Shown piece after piece: positions 47,445 to 55,582 of a stretch of DNA of 64,000 nt. The position numbers were made by a program, and so were the translations under genes. Within the stretch, counting starts at the first letter, position 1. The number at the start of each line of letters is the position of its first letter. Location of the stretch: contig JBBQZN010000004.1 of the NCBI GenBank assembly GCA_038207725.1, positions 2,625-66,624 on the forward strand, written 5' to 3'. The notes beneath the pieces are model-generated. The model did no database searches, was not told the origin of the DNA, and worked only from the letters and a program-made list of their open reading frames with translations. Source of the stretch: Bacteroidales bacterium. GTDB lineage: Bacteria; Bacteroidota; Bacteroidia; Bacteroidales; VadinHA17.

Positions 47445-48461
47445 TTACGAGATCCCCTTTGCCAGCAAGCCGCAGGCAGCAGAAATATCAGCCCCTCTCG
47501 ATTTACGTATCGAGGCAGAAATGCCCGAAATTACCAGATTGTGTTTAAAGTGCATCATCCTTTCCATTGTGGATGTTACAAAATTATCATTCCCCGACTG
47601 GTGGTAAGGAAGCAGATTTACCCTTATTGCTGTTCCTTTCAACATTGTTTTTAATGCATTAAGGTGAAGATCAGAATCATTAAAATCCTGTATCATAACA
47701 TAGGCAAGCGACAATCTCCTGTTTTTCCTTGCCGGAACAGACTTCATTATTTCAAGGATCTCTGCCGAAGGATATAACTTTTCAGCCGGCACTATCTTTC
47801 TTCTTTCTTCAGAGAAGGGAGAATGAAGGCTGATTGCGAAATTGCATGATGACTCTTCAAGAAATCTTCTGACTCCTGAAGTAATACCTACTGTAGAGAC
47901 AGTTATATTTCTGGGACTGATAGAGAGGCCCCATCCGGCAGATAATATCTCGCAGGCTTTCAGAACATTGTCAATATTATCCATCGGCTCCCCCATTCCC
48001 ATGAAAACTACATGGCTTACCTCAGCGGCATCAGGAAGACTAATAATCTGATTAATTATCTCTCCGGCAGTGAGGTTACCTTTGAAACCATAAGCCGATG
48101 TAACGCAGAAAGAGCAAGCCATACGGCATCCTGACTGAGTGGAGACACAAACTGTTGTCCTTTTATTCTCAGGAATATATACAGTTTCAAACGATCGTCC
48201 ATCAGAGGTCGTAAAAAGGTATTTGATTGTTTTGTCGGCAGATAACATTGAAGAAACAGGAGGAAAAATCCCAATATCAGCAATTTCAGACAATTGAATC
48301 TTTAGTTTCTTCGGGATTTTATTTATCAGGGAGATATCGCTAATTCTCTTTTTATAAATCCCATTCAGAACTGAATTTATGTGAGATTCATTGAAACCCA
48401 TGCGGTCTGTAATATCTGACAGCTCCCTATATGTCATGCCGCAAAGAATCTTCCTCACCAT
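47445..48461 (-). CDS. rlmN: 23S rRNA/tRNA adenine-C2 methyltransferase RlmN (radical SAM)
   Basis: CVSTQSGCRMACSFC (Cx3Cx2C), GMGEPMDN, SLHSP, C-terminal Cys ACG. The ATG at 48461 is preferred over the TTG at 48491. Confidence 0.85.
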   Translation of the reverse strand: MVRKILCGMTYRELSDITDRMGFNESHINSVLNGIYKKRISDISLINKIPKKLKIQLSEIADIGIFPPVSSMLSADKTIKYLFTTSDGRSFETVYIPENKRTTVCVSTQSGCRMACSFCVTSAYGFKGNLTAGEIINQIISLPDAAEVSHVVFMGMGEPMDNIDNVLKACEILSAGWGLSISPRNITVSTVGITSGVRRFLEESSCNFAISLHSPFSEERRKIVPAEKLYPSAEILEIMKSVPARKNRRLSLAYVMIQDFNDSDLHLNALKTMLKGTAIRVNLLPYHQSGNDNFVTSTMERMMHFKHNLVISGISASIRKSRGADISAACGLLAKGIS

Positions 48462-48510
48462 AGTTAAAAGGATATTTGTCAAGCTAAACAATAATATAAA
48501 TTTAACCGAA

Positions 48511-48550
48511 GCGGTGTCATCCCTTTGCTGGAGCGAGAGGATGACACCGC
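48511..48550 (-). terminator. Perfect 12-bp hairpin downstream of dcp
   Basis: gcggtgtcatcc (48511-48522) pairs with ggatgacaccgc (48539-48550), 16-nt loop. The trailing sequence is only moderately T-rich. Confidence 0.45.
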
Positions 48551-48571
48551 GACATTGTGGTGTAGGGCCTT

Positions 48572-50698
48572 TTACTTTACAGGCTCCGGTAACTGCATAA
48601 GTCCTCTGTTTTTAAGCAAAGGTTCGATTGCGGCTTCGCGACCTCTGAAATTCAGGTACATCTGCATTGCATCCATTGTACCGTTTCTTTCAAGAATATT
48701 CTTACGGTAAGAGGAAGCGACTGTCTGATCAAACAACCCTTTTTCTCTGAATGCTTCAAAGGCATCATTATCATAAACTGCTGCCCATATATAGCTGTAG
48801 TATCCTGAATCATAGCCACCTGCCATGTGAAGGAAATATGTGCTTCTGTAGCGTGAGTAAATCTCGGGGATAAGTCCGATTCCTTTCAGATAATCATTTT
48901 CGAAATTCATAATATTATCAACTCTGGCCGGAGCCTCGAGTGTGTGAAATTTAATATCGAGAAGTGATGCGGCCAGATATTCAACTGTTTCGAAACCCTG
49001 GTTAAAGTAACCGCTGTTCTTAATCTTCTTCACCAGATCGTCAGGAATAAACTCGTTGGTCTTATAATGGCGGGCGTACATTTTAAGTACTTCAGGTTCC
49101 ATTGCCCAATGCTCCATAAGCTGTGACGGCAATTCAACAAAGTCCCAGGCGATATTTGTCTGATTGTAAGTACTCCTATTGAAAAGACCATCGAGTGCAT
49201 GACCAAATTCGTGATACATTGTACTTGTCTCTTCAACGCTGAGAAGAGCAGGCATGTCTCCGCTGGGGCCGGTGAAGTTGAAAACAGTTGTTACAACAGG
49301 AGTAATCCCTTTGCCCTTTACAACATGATAGCTGCGATAACCTCCGCACCATGCTCCCTGCTGTTTGCTTTCTCTGGGAAGGAAATCCATGTATAGCACG
49401 CCAATATGGGTTCCGTCTGCTTCCTTAACCTCAAATGCCTGTGCATCGGGATGTGGAAGCGGTATATCCTTAATCCCGGTTAATGTAATTCCAAAGAGTT
49501 TATTTGCAACAGAAAACAAGCCATCACGTACATTCTCAAGTTTGAAATAAGGACGCAACTCGCTGTCATTCAAATCATACTTTTCTTTTCTGAGTTTCTC
49601 GGCATAGTACCACCAGTCTGAAGGTTCAAGTTTGAATTTTCCGCCTTCTTTTGCTATAATCTTCTGCATTTCGGCTACCTCATTTTTTGCAACCGGAATA
49701 GCTTTACCCCAAAGGTTATCAAGAAGTTTGAATACATTCTCAGGATTTCTGGCCATCCTAGGCTCAAGAACTATGGCCGAATGAGTCTTATAACCAAGAA
49801 GCTTTGCTCTCTCAGCACGGATGCTGATAATATCAGACAGAACCTTATTATTATCATACTCATTTCCGTTATTGCCGCGGTTTGTATATGCAGCATAGAG
49901 TTGTCTGCGAAGATCCCTGTTTTCAGCTGACTGCAGAAATGGAAAAATACTCGGGCGCTGGGTTGTAAAAGCCCATTTGCCTTCCTGACCTGCAGCTTTG
50001 GCAGTTTCAGCAGCAGCAGATATAAGTGATTCCGGCAGACCTTTCAGATCTTCCTTGTTCACATACATTATATAGTTATTAGTCTCGGCAAGAACATTCT
50101 GACTGAATTTGACCGTCAGAACTGAAAGCTTCTGGTTAAGTTCTTTCAGGGTATCCTGGTCCTGTTGATTAAGGTTTGCCCCATTTCTTACAAAACCCTT
50201 GTAAAGATTTTCAAGAAGAAACTGCTGTTCTGCTGTCAGATTGAATCTGGCCTGATTGTCATAAACAGATTTTACTCTTGTGAAAAGCCCGGGGTTAAGA
50301 AGGATTTCATCGCGGTAACCTGAGAGAACAGGCGACATCTCCATTTCAATTTTCTGAAGTGAGTCGCTGGTATTGGCTGAACTCTGGGCGAAGAATACCG
50401 ATGATACCTTATTGAGAAGCTCCCCTGCATTATCGAAAGCTTCAATAGTGTTTTTAAAAGTAGGCGCTTTTTTGTTAGTGACAATTTTTTCAATATCGCT
50501 TCTGCCTTCCACCATGCCCTGTTCAAACGCAGGAACGTAATGTTTTGCCATTATATTCTCAAACGGAGGCACAGCGAAAGGAGTTTTATATTCCGTAAAG
50601 AAAGGGTTAGAGTTGTCTGTAACTGTTGTTGTTTTGCAAGCAGCTAACAGAAAGGCAATTAAGCTACTGAATACCATAAGTTTAAAAATTCTTTTCAT
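48572..50698 (-). CDS. dcp: M3 family peptidyl-dipeptidase (Dcp-like), lipoprotein
   Basis: Zincin HEFGHAL; about 700 aa. Lipobox LLAAC when started at 50698 (MKRIFKL). Confidence 0.85.
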   Translation of the reverse strand: MKRIFKLMVFSSLIAFLLAACKTTTVTDNSNPFFTEYKTPFAVPPFENIMAKHYVPAFEQGMVEGRSDIEKIVTNKKAPTFKNTIEAFDNAGELLNKVSSVFFAQSSANTSDSLQKIEMEMSPVLSGYRDEILLNPGLFTRVKSVYDNQARFNLTAEQQFLLENLYKGFVRNGANLNQQDQDTLKELNQKLSVLTVKFSQNVLAETNNYIMYVNKEDLKGLPESLISAAAETAKAAGQEGKWAFTTQRPSIFPFLQSAENRDLRRQLYAAYTNRGNNGNEYDNNKVLSDIISIRAERAKLLGYKTHSAIVLEPRMARNPENVFKLLDNLWGKAIPVAKNEVAEMQKIIAKEGGKFKLEPSDWWYYAEKLRKEKYDLNDSELRPYFKLENVRDGLFSVANKLFGITLTGIKDIPLPHPDAQAFEVKEADGTHIGVLYMDFLPRESKQQGAWCGGYRSYHVVKGKGITPVVTTVFNFTGPSGDMPALLSVEETSTMYHEFGHALDGLFNRSTYNQTNIAWDFVELPSQLMEHWAMEPEVLKMYARHYKTNEFIPDDLVKKIKNSGYFNQGFETVEYLAASLLDIKFHTLEAPARVDNIMNFENDYLKGIGLIPEIYSRYRSTYFLHMAGGYDSGYYSYIWAAVYDNDAFEAFREKGLFDQTVASSYRKNILERNGTMDAMQMYLNFRGREAAIEPLLKNRGLMQLPEPVK

Positions 50699-50800
50699 AC
50701 TGAGGTCAATTTTGTTAATAATCATTACTGTCTTGGATACAAAATAAGTCTATATATAAATGGAATCAAAAAAAACTAAACTAATTTTGTATCAAATCAG

Positions 50801-50835
50801 TCGGAAGTCGGAACTCGGTATTCGGAAGTCGGAAG
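50801..50835. repeat. Heptamer tandem repeat x5 (tcggaag tcggaac tcggtat tcggaag tcggaag)
   Basis: Exact 7-nt phase, 18 nt upstream of tRNA-Ser. Confidence 0.9.
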
Positions 50836-50853
50836 ACTGGGAGAAATAGTTTA

Positions 50854-50942
50854 GGAGAGATGGCAGAGTGGTCGAATGCGGCGGTCTCGAAAACCGTTGT
50901 TCGCCTTACGGCGGACCGGGGGTTCGAATCCCCCTCTCTCCG
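50854..50942 (+). tRNA. tRNA-Ser (anticodon CGA), type II with a long variable arm
   Basis: Acceptor GGAGAGA/TCTCTCC; anticodon stem GCGGT/ACCGT with loop CTCGAAA; variable-arm hairpin CGCC-TTAC-GGCG; T arm GGGGG-TTCGAAT-CCCCC; discriminator G; CCA not encoded. Confidence 0.9.
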
Positions 50943-50957
50943 CAAAGTAAAAGCAAA

Positions 50958-50985
50958 CCTTGCGCCATCAGGCGCAAGGTTTTTT
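50958..50985 (+). terminator. Rho-independent terminator of tRNA-Ser
   Basis: 9-bp stem ccttgcgcc/ggcgcaagg, loop atca, then TTTTTT. Confidence 0.8.
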
Positions 50986-51038
50986 GTTTTCATGCTGACC
51001 GTTCAAAGCTTGCTTTGATAAGGGCAGAATGAAAACAA
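50984..51038. other. Nested inverted repeat between the tRNA terminator and the 45-nt array
   Basis: ttgttttcat (50984-50993) pairs with atgaaaacaa (51029-51038). Inner hairpin caaagc-tt-gctttg at 51005-51018. Confidence 0.5.
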
Positions 51039-51078
51039 AAAACACCGCGAAGCGGGTTTGCTTTGACTTTGCAAGGTT

Positions 51079-51271
51079 CCCCCAAAAGGGATCACGACCG
51101 AACGGAGAGAGGGCGTAATCCCTCCCCCAAAAGGGATCACGACCGAACGGAGAGAGGGCGTAATCCCTCCCCCAAAAGGGATCACGACCGAATGGAGAGA
51201 GGGCGTAATCCCTCCCCCAAAAGGGATCACCGACCGAACGGAGAGAGGGCGTAATCCCTCCCTCCCAAAAG
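51079..51271. repeat. 45-nt tandem repeat, about 4.25 units, GC-rich
   Basis: Unit cccccaaaagggatcacgaccgaacggagagagggcgtaatccct, with starts at 51079, 51124, 51169 and 51214. Unit 3 has one substitution, unit 4 a 1-nt insertion, and a degenerate partial unit ends the array. Each unit contains gaggg-cgtaat-ccctc. Confidence 0.95.
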
Positions 51272-51373
51272 TAAAAGCTATTTCAGGCCAGCCTTGAAGC
51301 TAATATTGTAATCTCATCATAATTTCATAACTTGTCCTTGACAAAGTCTGACTATAAATTACATATTAGTATT

Positions 51374-52336
51374 ATGAAACGACGCGATTTTATAAAGACC
51401 ACAGTGGCAGTAGCACCTGTCATAAGCCTTTTTCCTGCTGATCTTTCATCCATTTCAACAATTTTGGTTCCTGGAAAAATAGGAAAGAGATCACTGGGTA
51501 GTACAGGCGAGATGCTTTCTATGATCGGATTCGGAGGGATAATTGTAAAAGATATTGCTCCTGATGAGGCTTCAGAACTTGTTAAACTCGCTATTGACTA
51601 TGGTATAAACTATTTCGACGTTGCTCCTTCATATGGTGATGCCGAGATTAAACTGGGACCTGCCCTTGAACCATACCGGAAGAATGTCTTCCTGGCATGC
51701 AAAACAGGTAAGCGGAACAAATCCGGATCAAGGGACGAGCTTGAACAATCGCTGAAAAATCTTAAGACCGACCATTTTGATCTGTATCAGCTTCATGCTG
51801 TTACATCACTTAAGGATGTGGAAACAATACTGGGCCCGGACGGCGCACTTGAGACATTTAAGGAGGCGAAAAAGGAAGGGAAGGTCCGTTTTCTGGGCTT
51901 CTCCGCTCACTCTGTCGAAGCAGCAATGGCTTTGATGGACGGATTTGACTTTGATACAATATTGTTCCCTGTTAACTATACTACCTGGAATGCTGCCAAT
52001 TTTGGTCCGCAGGTACTTGCCCGGGCACAGGAAAAGAAAATGGGAATTCTGGCCCTTAAAGCGATGGCTGCAGGTCCATGGCCAGCAGGAGCAGACCGAT
52101 CAAAGTACCCGAAATGCTGGTATGAACCCCTTACAGATAAGGAAGATATCAGAATGGGACTTCGGTTTACTCTTTCTCACCCGGTTACAGCCGCAGTACC
52201 TCCAGGTGAGGCTGAACTATTCAGAAAGGCACTTGAAGTTTCAGATACTCTTACTCCGCTAAAGAGTGCAGAGGTACAATTGATTAAAGAGAAAGCACTA
52301 AAAGGAACACCACTGTTTAAATACCCTATGGCCTGA
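51374..52336 (+). CDS. Aldo/keto reductase with a canonical twin-arginine signal
   Basis: MKRRDFIKTTVAVAP (RRxFxK Tat motif). AKR motif GINYFDVAPSYGDAEIKLGPAL. The ATG at 51374 is preferred over the TTG at 51332. Confidence 0.8.
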   Translation: MKRRDFIKTTVAVAPVISLFPADLSSISTILVPGKIGKRSLGSTGEMLSMIGFGGIIVKDIAPDEASELVKLAIDYGINYFDVAPSYGDAEIKLGPALEPYRKNVFLACKTGKRNKSGSRDELEQSLKNLKTDHFDLYQLHAVTSLKDVETILGPDGALETFKEAKKEGKVRFLGFSAHSVEAAMALMDGFDFDTILFPVNYTTWNAANFGPQVLARAQEKKMGILALKAMAAGPWPAGADRSKYPKCWYEPLTDKEDIRMGLRFTLSHPVTAAVPPGEAELFRKALEVSDTLTPLKSAEVQLIKEKALKGTPLFKYPMA

Positions 52337-52337
52337 T

Positions 52338-52372
52338 ATCGGGCATCAGGCGTCAGGCAACCGGCATCGGAC
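52338..52372. repeat. Heptamer tandem repeat x5 (atcgggc atcaggc gtcaggc aaccggc atcggac) starting 2 nt after the AKR stop
   Basis: Exact 7-nt phase; all but the last unit end in ggc. Confidence 0.85.
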
Positions 52373-52480
52373 TTCTGATATTTACAGACTACTTAGTATA
52401 CTTCAGCCGGAGCTTAACAACCCTCTTGCTGCCAACGGCAGTCAGTCTGATAACCGGTCTTTATCATTATATGTTAGTTT

Positions 52481-52544
52481 GTTCTAAGCTGTTCTAAGAG
52501 ACCATTGGAATTTTCTCCAGTCTCTCCGCTCCCAGCTCTCCGCT
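52481..52544. repeat. Two short tandem duplications (gttctaag period 10 x2; cag(t)ctctccgct period 14 x2)
   Basis: gttctaag at 52481-52488 and 52491-52498. ccagtctctccgct at 52517-52530 and cccagctctccgct at 52531-52544. Confidence 0.7.
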
Positions 52545-52663
52545 TCATCCCCTGTGCCCTGCGTCCTTCACAATGACATTTTTCAACATTCTTTCAGAGT
52601 GTCTCTGTAGTTTGGAATAGCTTGTTATCTTTACATATTAACAGTAACACACAATTAAGAGCT

Positions 52664-53917
52664 ATGGAACTTAAGCGCCGGCTTATTATCATGAACTTCC
52701 TTCAGTTTTTCATCTGGGGATCGTGGCTGCTCACTATTGGAGCATATTGGTTTCAGAATAAAAACTGGTCGGGGACCGATTTCGGAGCTATCTTTTCAAC
52801 AATGGGTCTGGCTTCGCTCTTCATGCCGGCCATTGCCGGTATCATAGCCGACAGATGGGTTAATGCCGAGAAACTATATGGCATCTTTCATATTGCAGGC
52901 GCCATAGTACTTGCACTCATTCCGTCAGTCAATAATCCCGACACCTTTTTCTGGGTAATTCTGCTTGCGATGATGTTCTACATGCCCACTCTTGCTCTGT
53001 CAATAACAGTGGCATACAGCTCTATGAAGAACAGCGGCATGGATATCATAAAGGAATATCCGCCGGTGAGGGTCTGGGGGACTATAGGCTTCATTGTGGC
53101 ACTGTGGGTTGTGAGCCTGATGGGCTTTGAAACCTCTGCCATGCAGTTCTATGTTGCGGCTGCCTCATCGCTGCTGCTTGGTCTCTATTCCTTTACACTC
53201 CCAAAGTGTACACCAATGGGCAGGGGCCACAAGAAGAACCTGGCCGAAGTACTGGGTCTCAATGCTTTCAGGCTCTTTAAAAGCACTAAGATGGCCCTCT
53301 TCTTCATCTTCGCCATGCTGCTGGGCGGCGCTCTGCAGCTGACAAACGCCTATGGCGACACTTTTCTGCACGATTTCGCCGCTATACCAGAGTACAAAGA
53401 CCTTATCGCTGTAAGGTTTCCTGCAATAATAATGTCAGTATCACAGATCTCCGAAACTCTTTTTATTCTTGCCATTCCCTTTTTCCTGAAAAAGTTCGGA
53501 ATAAAGAAAGTGATGCTTATGAGCATGGTGGCATGGGTTCTCCGCTTCGGCCTGTTCGGATTCGGGAATCCGGCTGAAGGGCTTTGGCTGATAATCCTCT
53601 CATGCATCATTTATGGTATGGCCTTTGATTTCTTCAACATCTCCGGCTCACTCTTCGTGGAGACCCAGTGCACTCCTGACATACGTGCCAGCGCGCAGGG
53701 ACTGTTTATGATGATGACTAACGGCTTTGGTGCCTTCCTGGGCAGCAGAATCAGCGGGATTGTGATTGACAAATACTTTACTCTTGGAAGCGGGGCATTC
53801 GACTGGAAGGGGATCTGGTTCGTCTTTGCGGCATATTCCCTTGTGGTGGCAATACTATTCGCCATAGTCTTCAGGCATAAGCATGTTCCGGAGGAAACGG
53901 CAAATATCAGTCACTGA
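52664..53917 (+). CDS. Nucleoside:H+ symporter family MFS transporter (NupG/XapB-like)
   Basis: N-terminus RLIIMNFLQFFIWGSWLLTIG typical of the family; 12 predicted helices. ATG at 52664. Confidence 0.7.
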   Translation: MELKRRLIIMNFLQFFIWGSWLLTIGAYWFQNKNWSGTDFGAIFSTMGLASLFMPAIAGIIADRWVNAEKLYGIFHIAGAIVLALIPSVNNPDTFFWVILLAMMFYMPTLALSITVAYSSMKNSGMDIIKEYPPVRVWGTIGFIVALWVVSLMGFETSAMQFYVAAASSLLLGLYSFTLPKCTPMGRGHKKNLAEVLGLNAFRLFKSTKMALFFIFAMLLGGALQLTNAYGDTFLHDFAAIPEYKDLIAVRFPAIIMSVSQISETLFILAIPFFLKKFGIKKVMLMSMVAWVLRFGLFGFGNPAEGLWLIILSCIIYGMAFDFFNISGSLFVETQCTPDIRASAQGLFMMMTNGFGAFLGSRISGIVIDKYFTLGSGAFDWKGIWFVFAAYSLVVAILFAIVFRHKHVPEETANISH

Positions 53918-53942
53918 TTACAAAATTAAAAGATATTAACCG

Positions 53943-54740
53943 TCAGCGGTAGATCCCAATCTCTCCGTATAGGGGAATAGCCCTGTATATCATTTTTACA
54001 TCAGCCCTTGGCATTTTAATTTTAATATAAGGGTGATATTCGGGTACTTTAAATTTCAGAACACTATTAATGTTATTAAGAGTATTATAGACCTTCTCCT
54101 TCATATCAAAAGCAAAAAGGGCTCCTCTGTCTTTGTCTTCATCCTCTTCCTGACATATATAAATTCTGGTACCATTGGTCATATGCAGGATAATGCTAAC
54201 AGGTTCTGTAAGTGAAGTATCAGGCATAATATCAGGTTTGTATTCAGATGTGTCTTTAGGTGCAAGGCTTACCATTAAAGGTTCCTTCTTTATTGTGGCA
54301 ATAGATCCGGATATAATGAATGGTCTCGACAGCATTGACATGATTATATTGTCATTCCCCTCCATAAGCATTTTACTTACTTTTATCTCGCTCATTCTGG
54401 CCATATTAACTGCAACACCACTTATTTCAAGGTTTGCTGTGCTATCGGAAATATTAAGAGTCAAATAAATAGAGTCAGATTCAGCCATAGCAATCCTCGA
54501 CTGCAAAAATGCCCTGTCGTGAAAAAGCCTGAGATATGCTGAATCGGTATAAATGCGCTCATCTATAACTTTTTTCTCATCAATCTTTGGGGTATACTCC
54601 TCTTTCAATGCATCCATTTTCCGGCCCGGAGCCAGAAGCGACATTATTGTGTAATAGATAACAAAGATAAGGATGATCAATGTTCCGGTCAAAATGGCCA
54701 GTTTTCCGACTGATAATTTATTTTCGCTTTCAGTTTCCAT
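53943..54740 (-). CDS. Hypothetical single-pass membrane protein
   Basis: One N-terminal TM helix (LAILTGTLIILIFVIYYTIMSLL); no motif I recognise. Last gene of the L,D-transpeptidase operon. Confidence 0.5.
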   Translation of the reverse strand: METESENKLSVGKLAILTGTLIILIFVIYYTIMSLLAPGRKMDALKEEYTPKIDEKKVIDERIYTDSAYLRLFHDRAFLQSRIAMAESDSIYLTLNISDSTANLEISGVAVNMARMSEIKVSKMLMEGNDNIIMSMLSRPFIISGSIATIKKEPLMVSLAPKDTSEYKPDIMPDTSLTEPVSIILHMTNGTRIYICQEEDEDKDRGALFAFDMKEKVYNTLNNINSVLKFKVPEYHPYIKIKMPRADVKMIYRAIPLYGEIGIYR

Positions 54741-54751
54741 AATATTTCAGA

Positions 54752-55582
54752 TCAGAAAATGTAAACCTTGGAACCTATATTTAAAGTATTGAATATTGCC
54801 TTAAGGTCTTCGTCATTAAGACGTACGCATCCATGTGTAACGGGCATTCCAAGAAAGCGCTTGTAGATTGTACCATGAATCATGTAGCTATCCCCAAGAT
54901 CCATAGCATAATCGCCTAAGACACCTGCTTCCCATCTTAAGGGCGAATCCTTTGGAGGTATTGGCACTCCTTCTTCTATAAATGCCCAATCGGGTTTATG
55001 CCAGTAAGGGTTTGTTCTTTTGTTCTGTATTGAAAACTTGCCACGGGGAGTTTTGAAGGTCCAGCTTTTACCCTCTGCTGTAATAAGCTTCTTATAGCTT
55101 CCGGTGCTGCATGAACCTTCTCTTATAAGCTTCTTATTACGATAAAGCATAAACCTGTTATAAGTGGTATTTATAACAATGTATGATTGACCTGATGTAT
55201 AGCTGATGTATTTTCTAGAAAGACGCTGAACGTCGCGATTCAGTGCGGCAATAAGCTTTTTGTAAGCCGCATCGTTCTGTAGCTCTTCACTGATTTCTAT
55301 TTTAGATTTATCAACTGAAGCCATCTCCTGAACACGTGGTACGCCATAGAGCATAAACACTACTATGAGAAAAGCGGCAAGCACTCCGGAAAAGATAAAG
55401 AAAATCGTACTGACTATATTGAATAATCTGGTATTGGCCCTGAATTTTGCCCAAACCGGGGCCAGAAAATTCTGATTTTCATTACTGTCCTTATCACCTG
55501 CCGGCTTTATTTCAGTCAGAGCATTTGACAACTCATCTTTTATTTCTTCATTTTCCATTTCAGAAAATTTATCTTTCAACAA
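54752..55582 (-). CDS. L,D-transpeptidase (YkuD domain), membrane-anchored
   Basis: Acidic N-terminal tail, TM helix, catalytic MIHGTIY...GMPVTHGCVRLN. Confidence 0.8.
   Translation of the reverse strand: MLKDKFSEMENEEIKDELSNALTEIKPAGDKDSNENQNFLAPVWAKFRANTRLFNIVSTIFFIFSGVLAAFLIVVFMLYGVPRVQEMASVDKSKIEISEELQNDAAYKKLIAALNRDVQRLSRKYISYTSGQSYIVINTTYNRFMLYRNKKLIREGSCSTGSYKKLITAEGKSWTFKTPRGKFSIQNKRTNPYWHKPDWAFIEEGVPIPPKDSPLRWEAGVLGDYAMDLGDSYMIHGTIYKRFLGMPVTHGCVRLNDEDLKAIFNTLNIGSKVYIF

Noticed and set aside
47439-47450. Zero-nt gap between the convergent GNAT and rlmN stop codons as a special feature
   Set aside because: Tight convergent packing also occurs at 2036/2048 and 12929/12945, so it reflects general genome compaction.
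50781-50993. 70-aa minus-strand ORF
   Set aside because: It is antisense to and fully overlaps tRNA-Ser and its terminator, so it is spurious.
51003-51254. ORFs on both strands (75 aa and 63 aa) with repeated peptides PKRDHDRTERGRNPS and VIPFGGGITPSLRSV
   Set aside because: They exist only because the 45-nt (15-codon) repeat happens to lack stops in two frames. There is no start context, and they are mutually antisense.
51079-51271. Possible CRISPR array (regular direct repeats with internal dyad symmetry)
   Set aside because: The units are directly adjacent with a 45-nt period and no unique spacers, and there are no cas genes in the window. It is a plain tandem repeat.
50854-51373. tRNA-adjacent genomic island or integration site
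   Set aside because: There is no integrase, no direct duplication of the tRNA 3' end, and only an inverted 11-mer inside the repeat units. The flanking genes are ordinary housekeeping genes.
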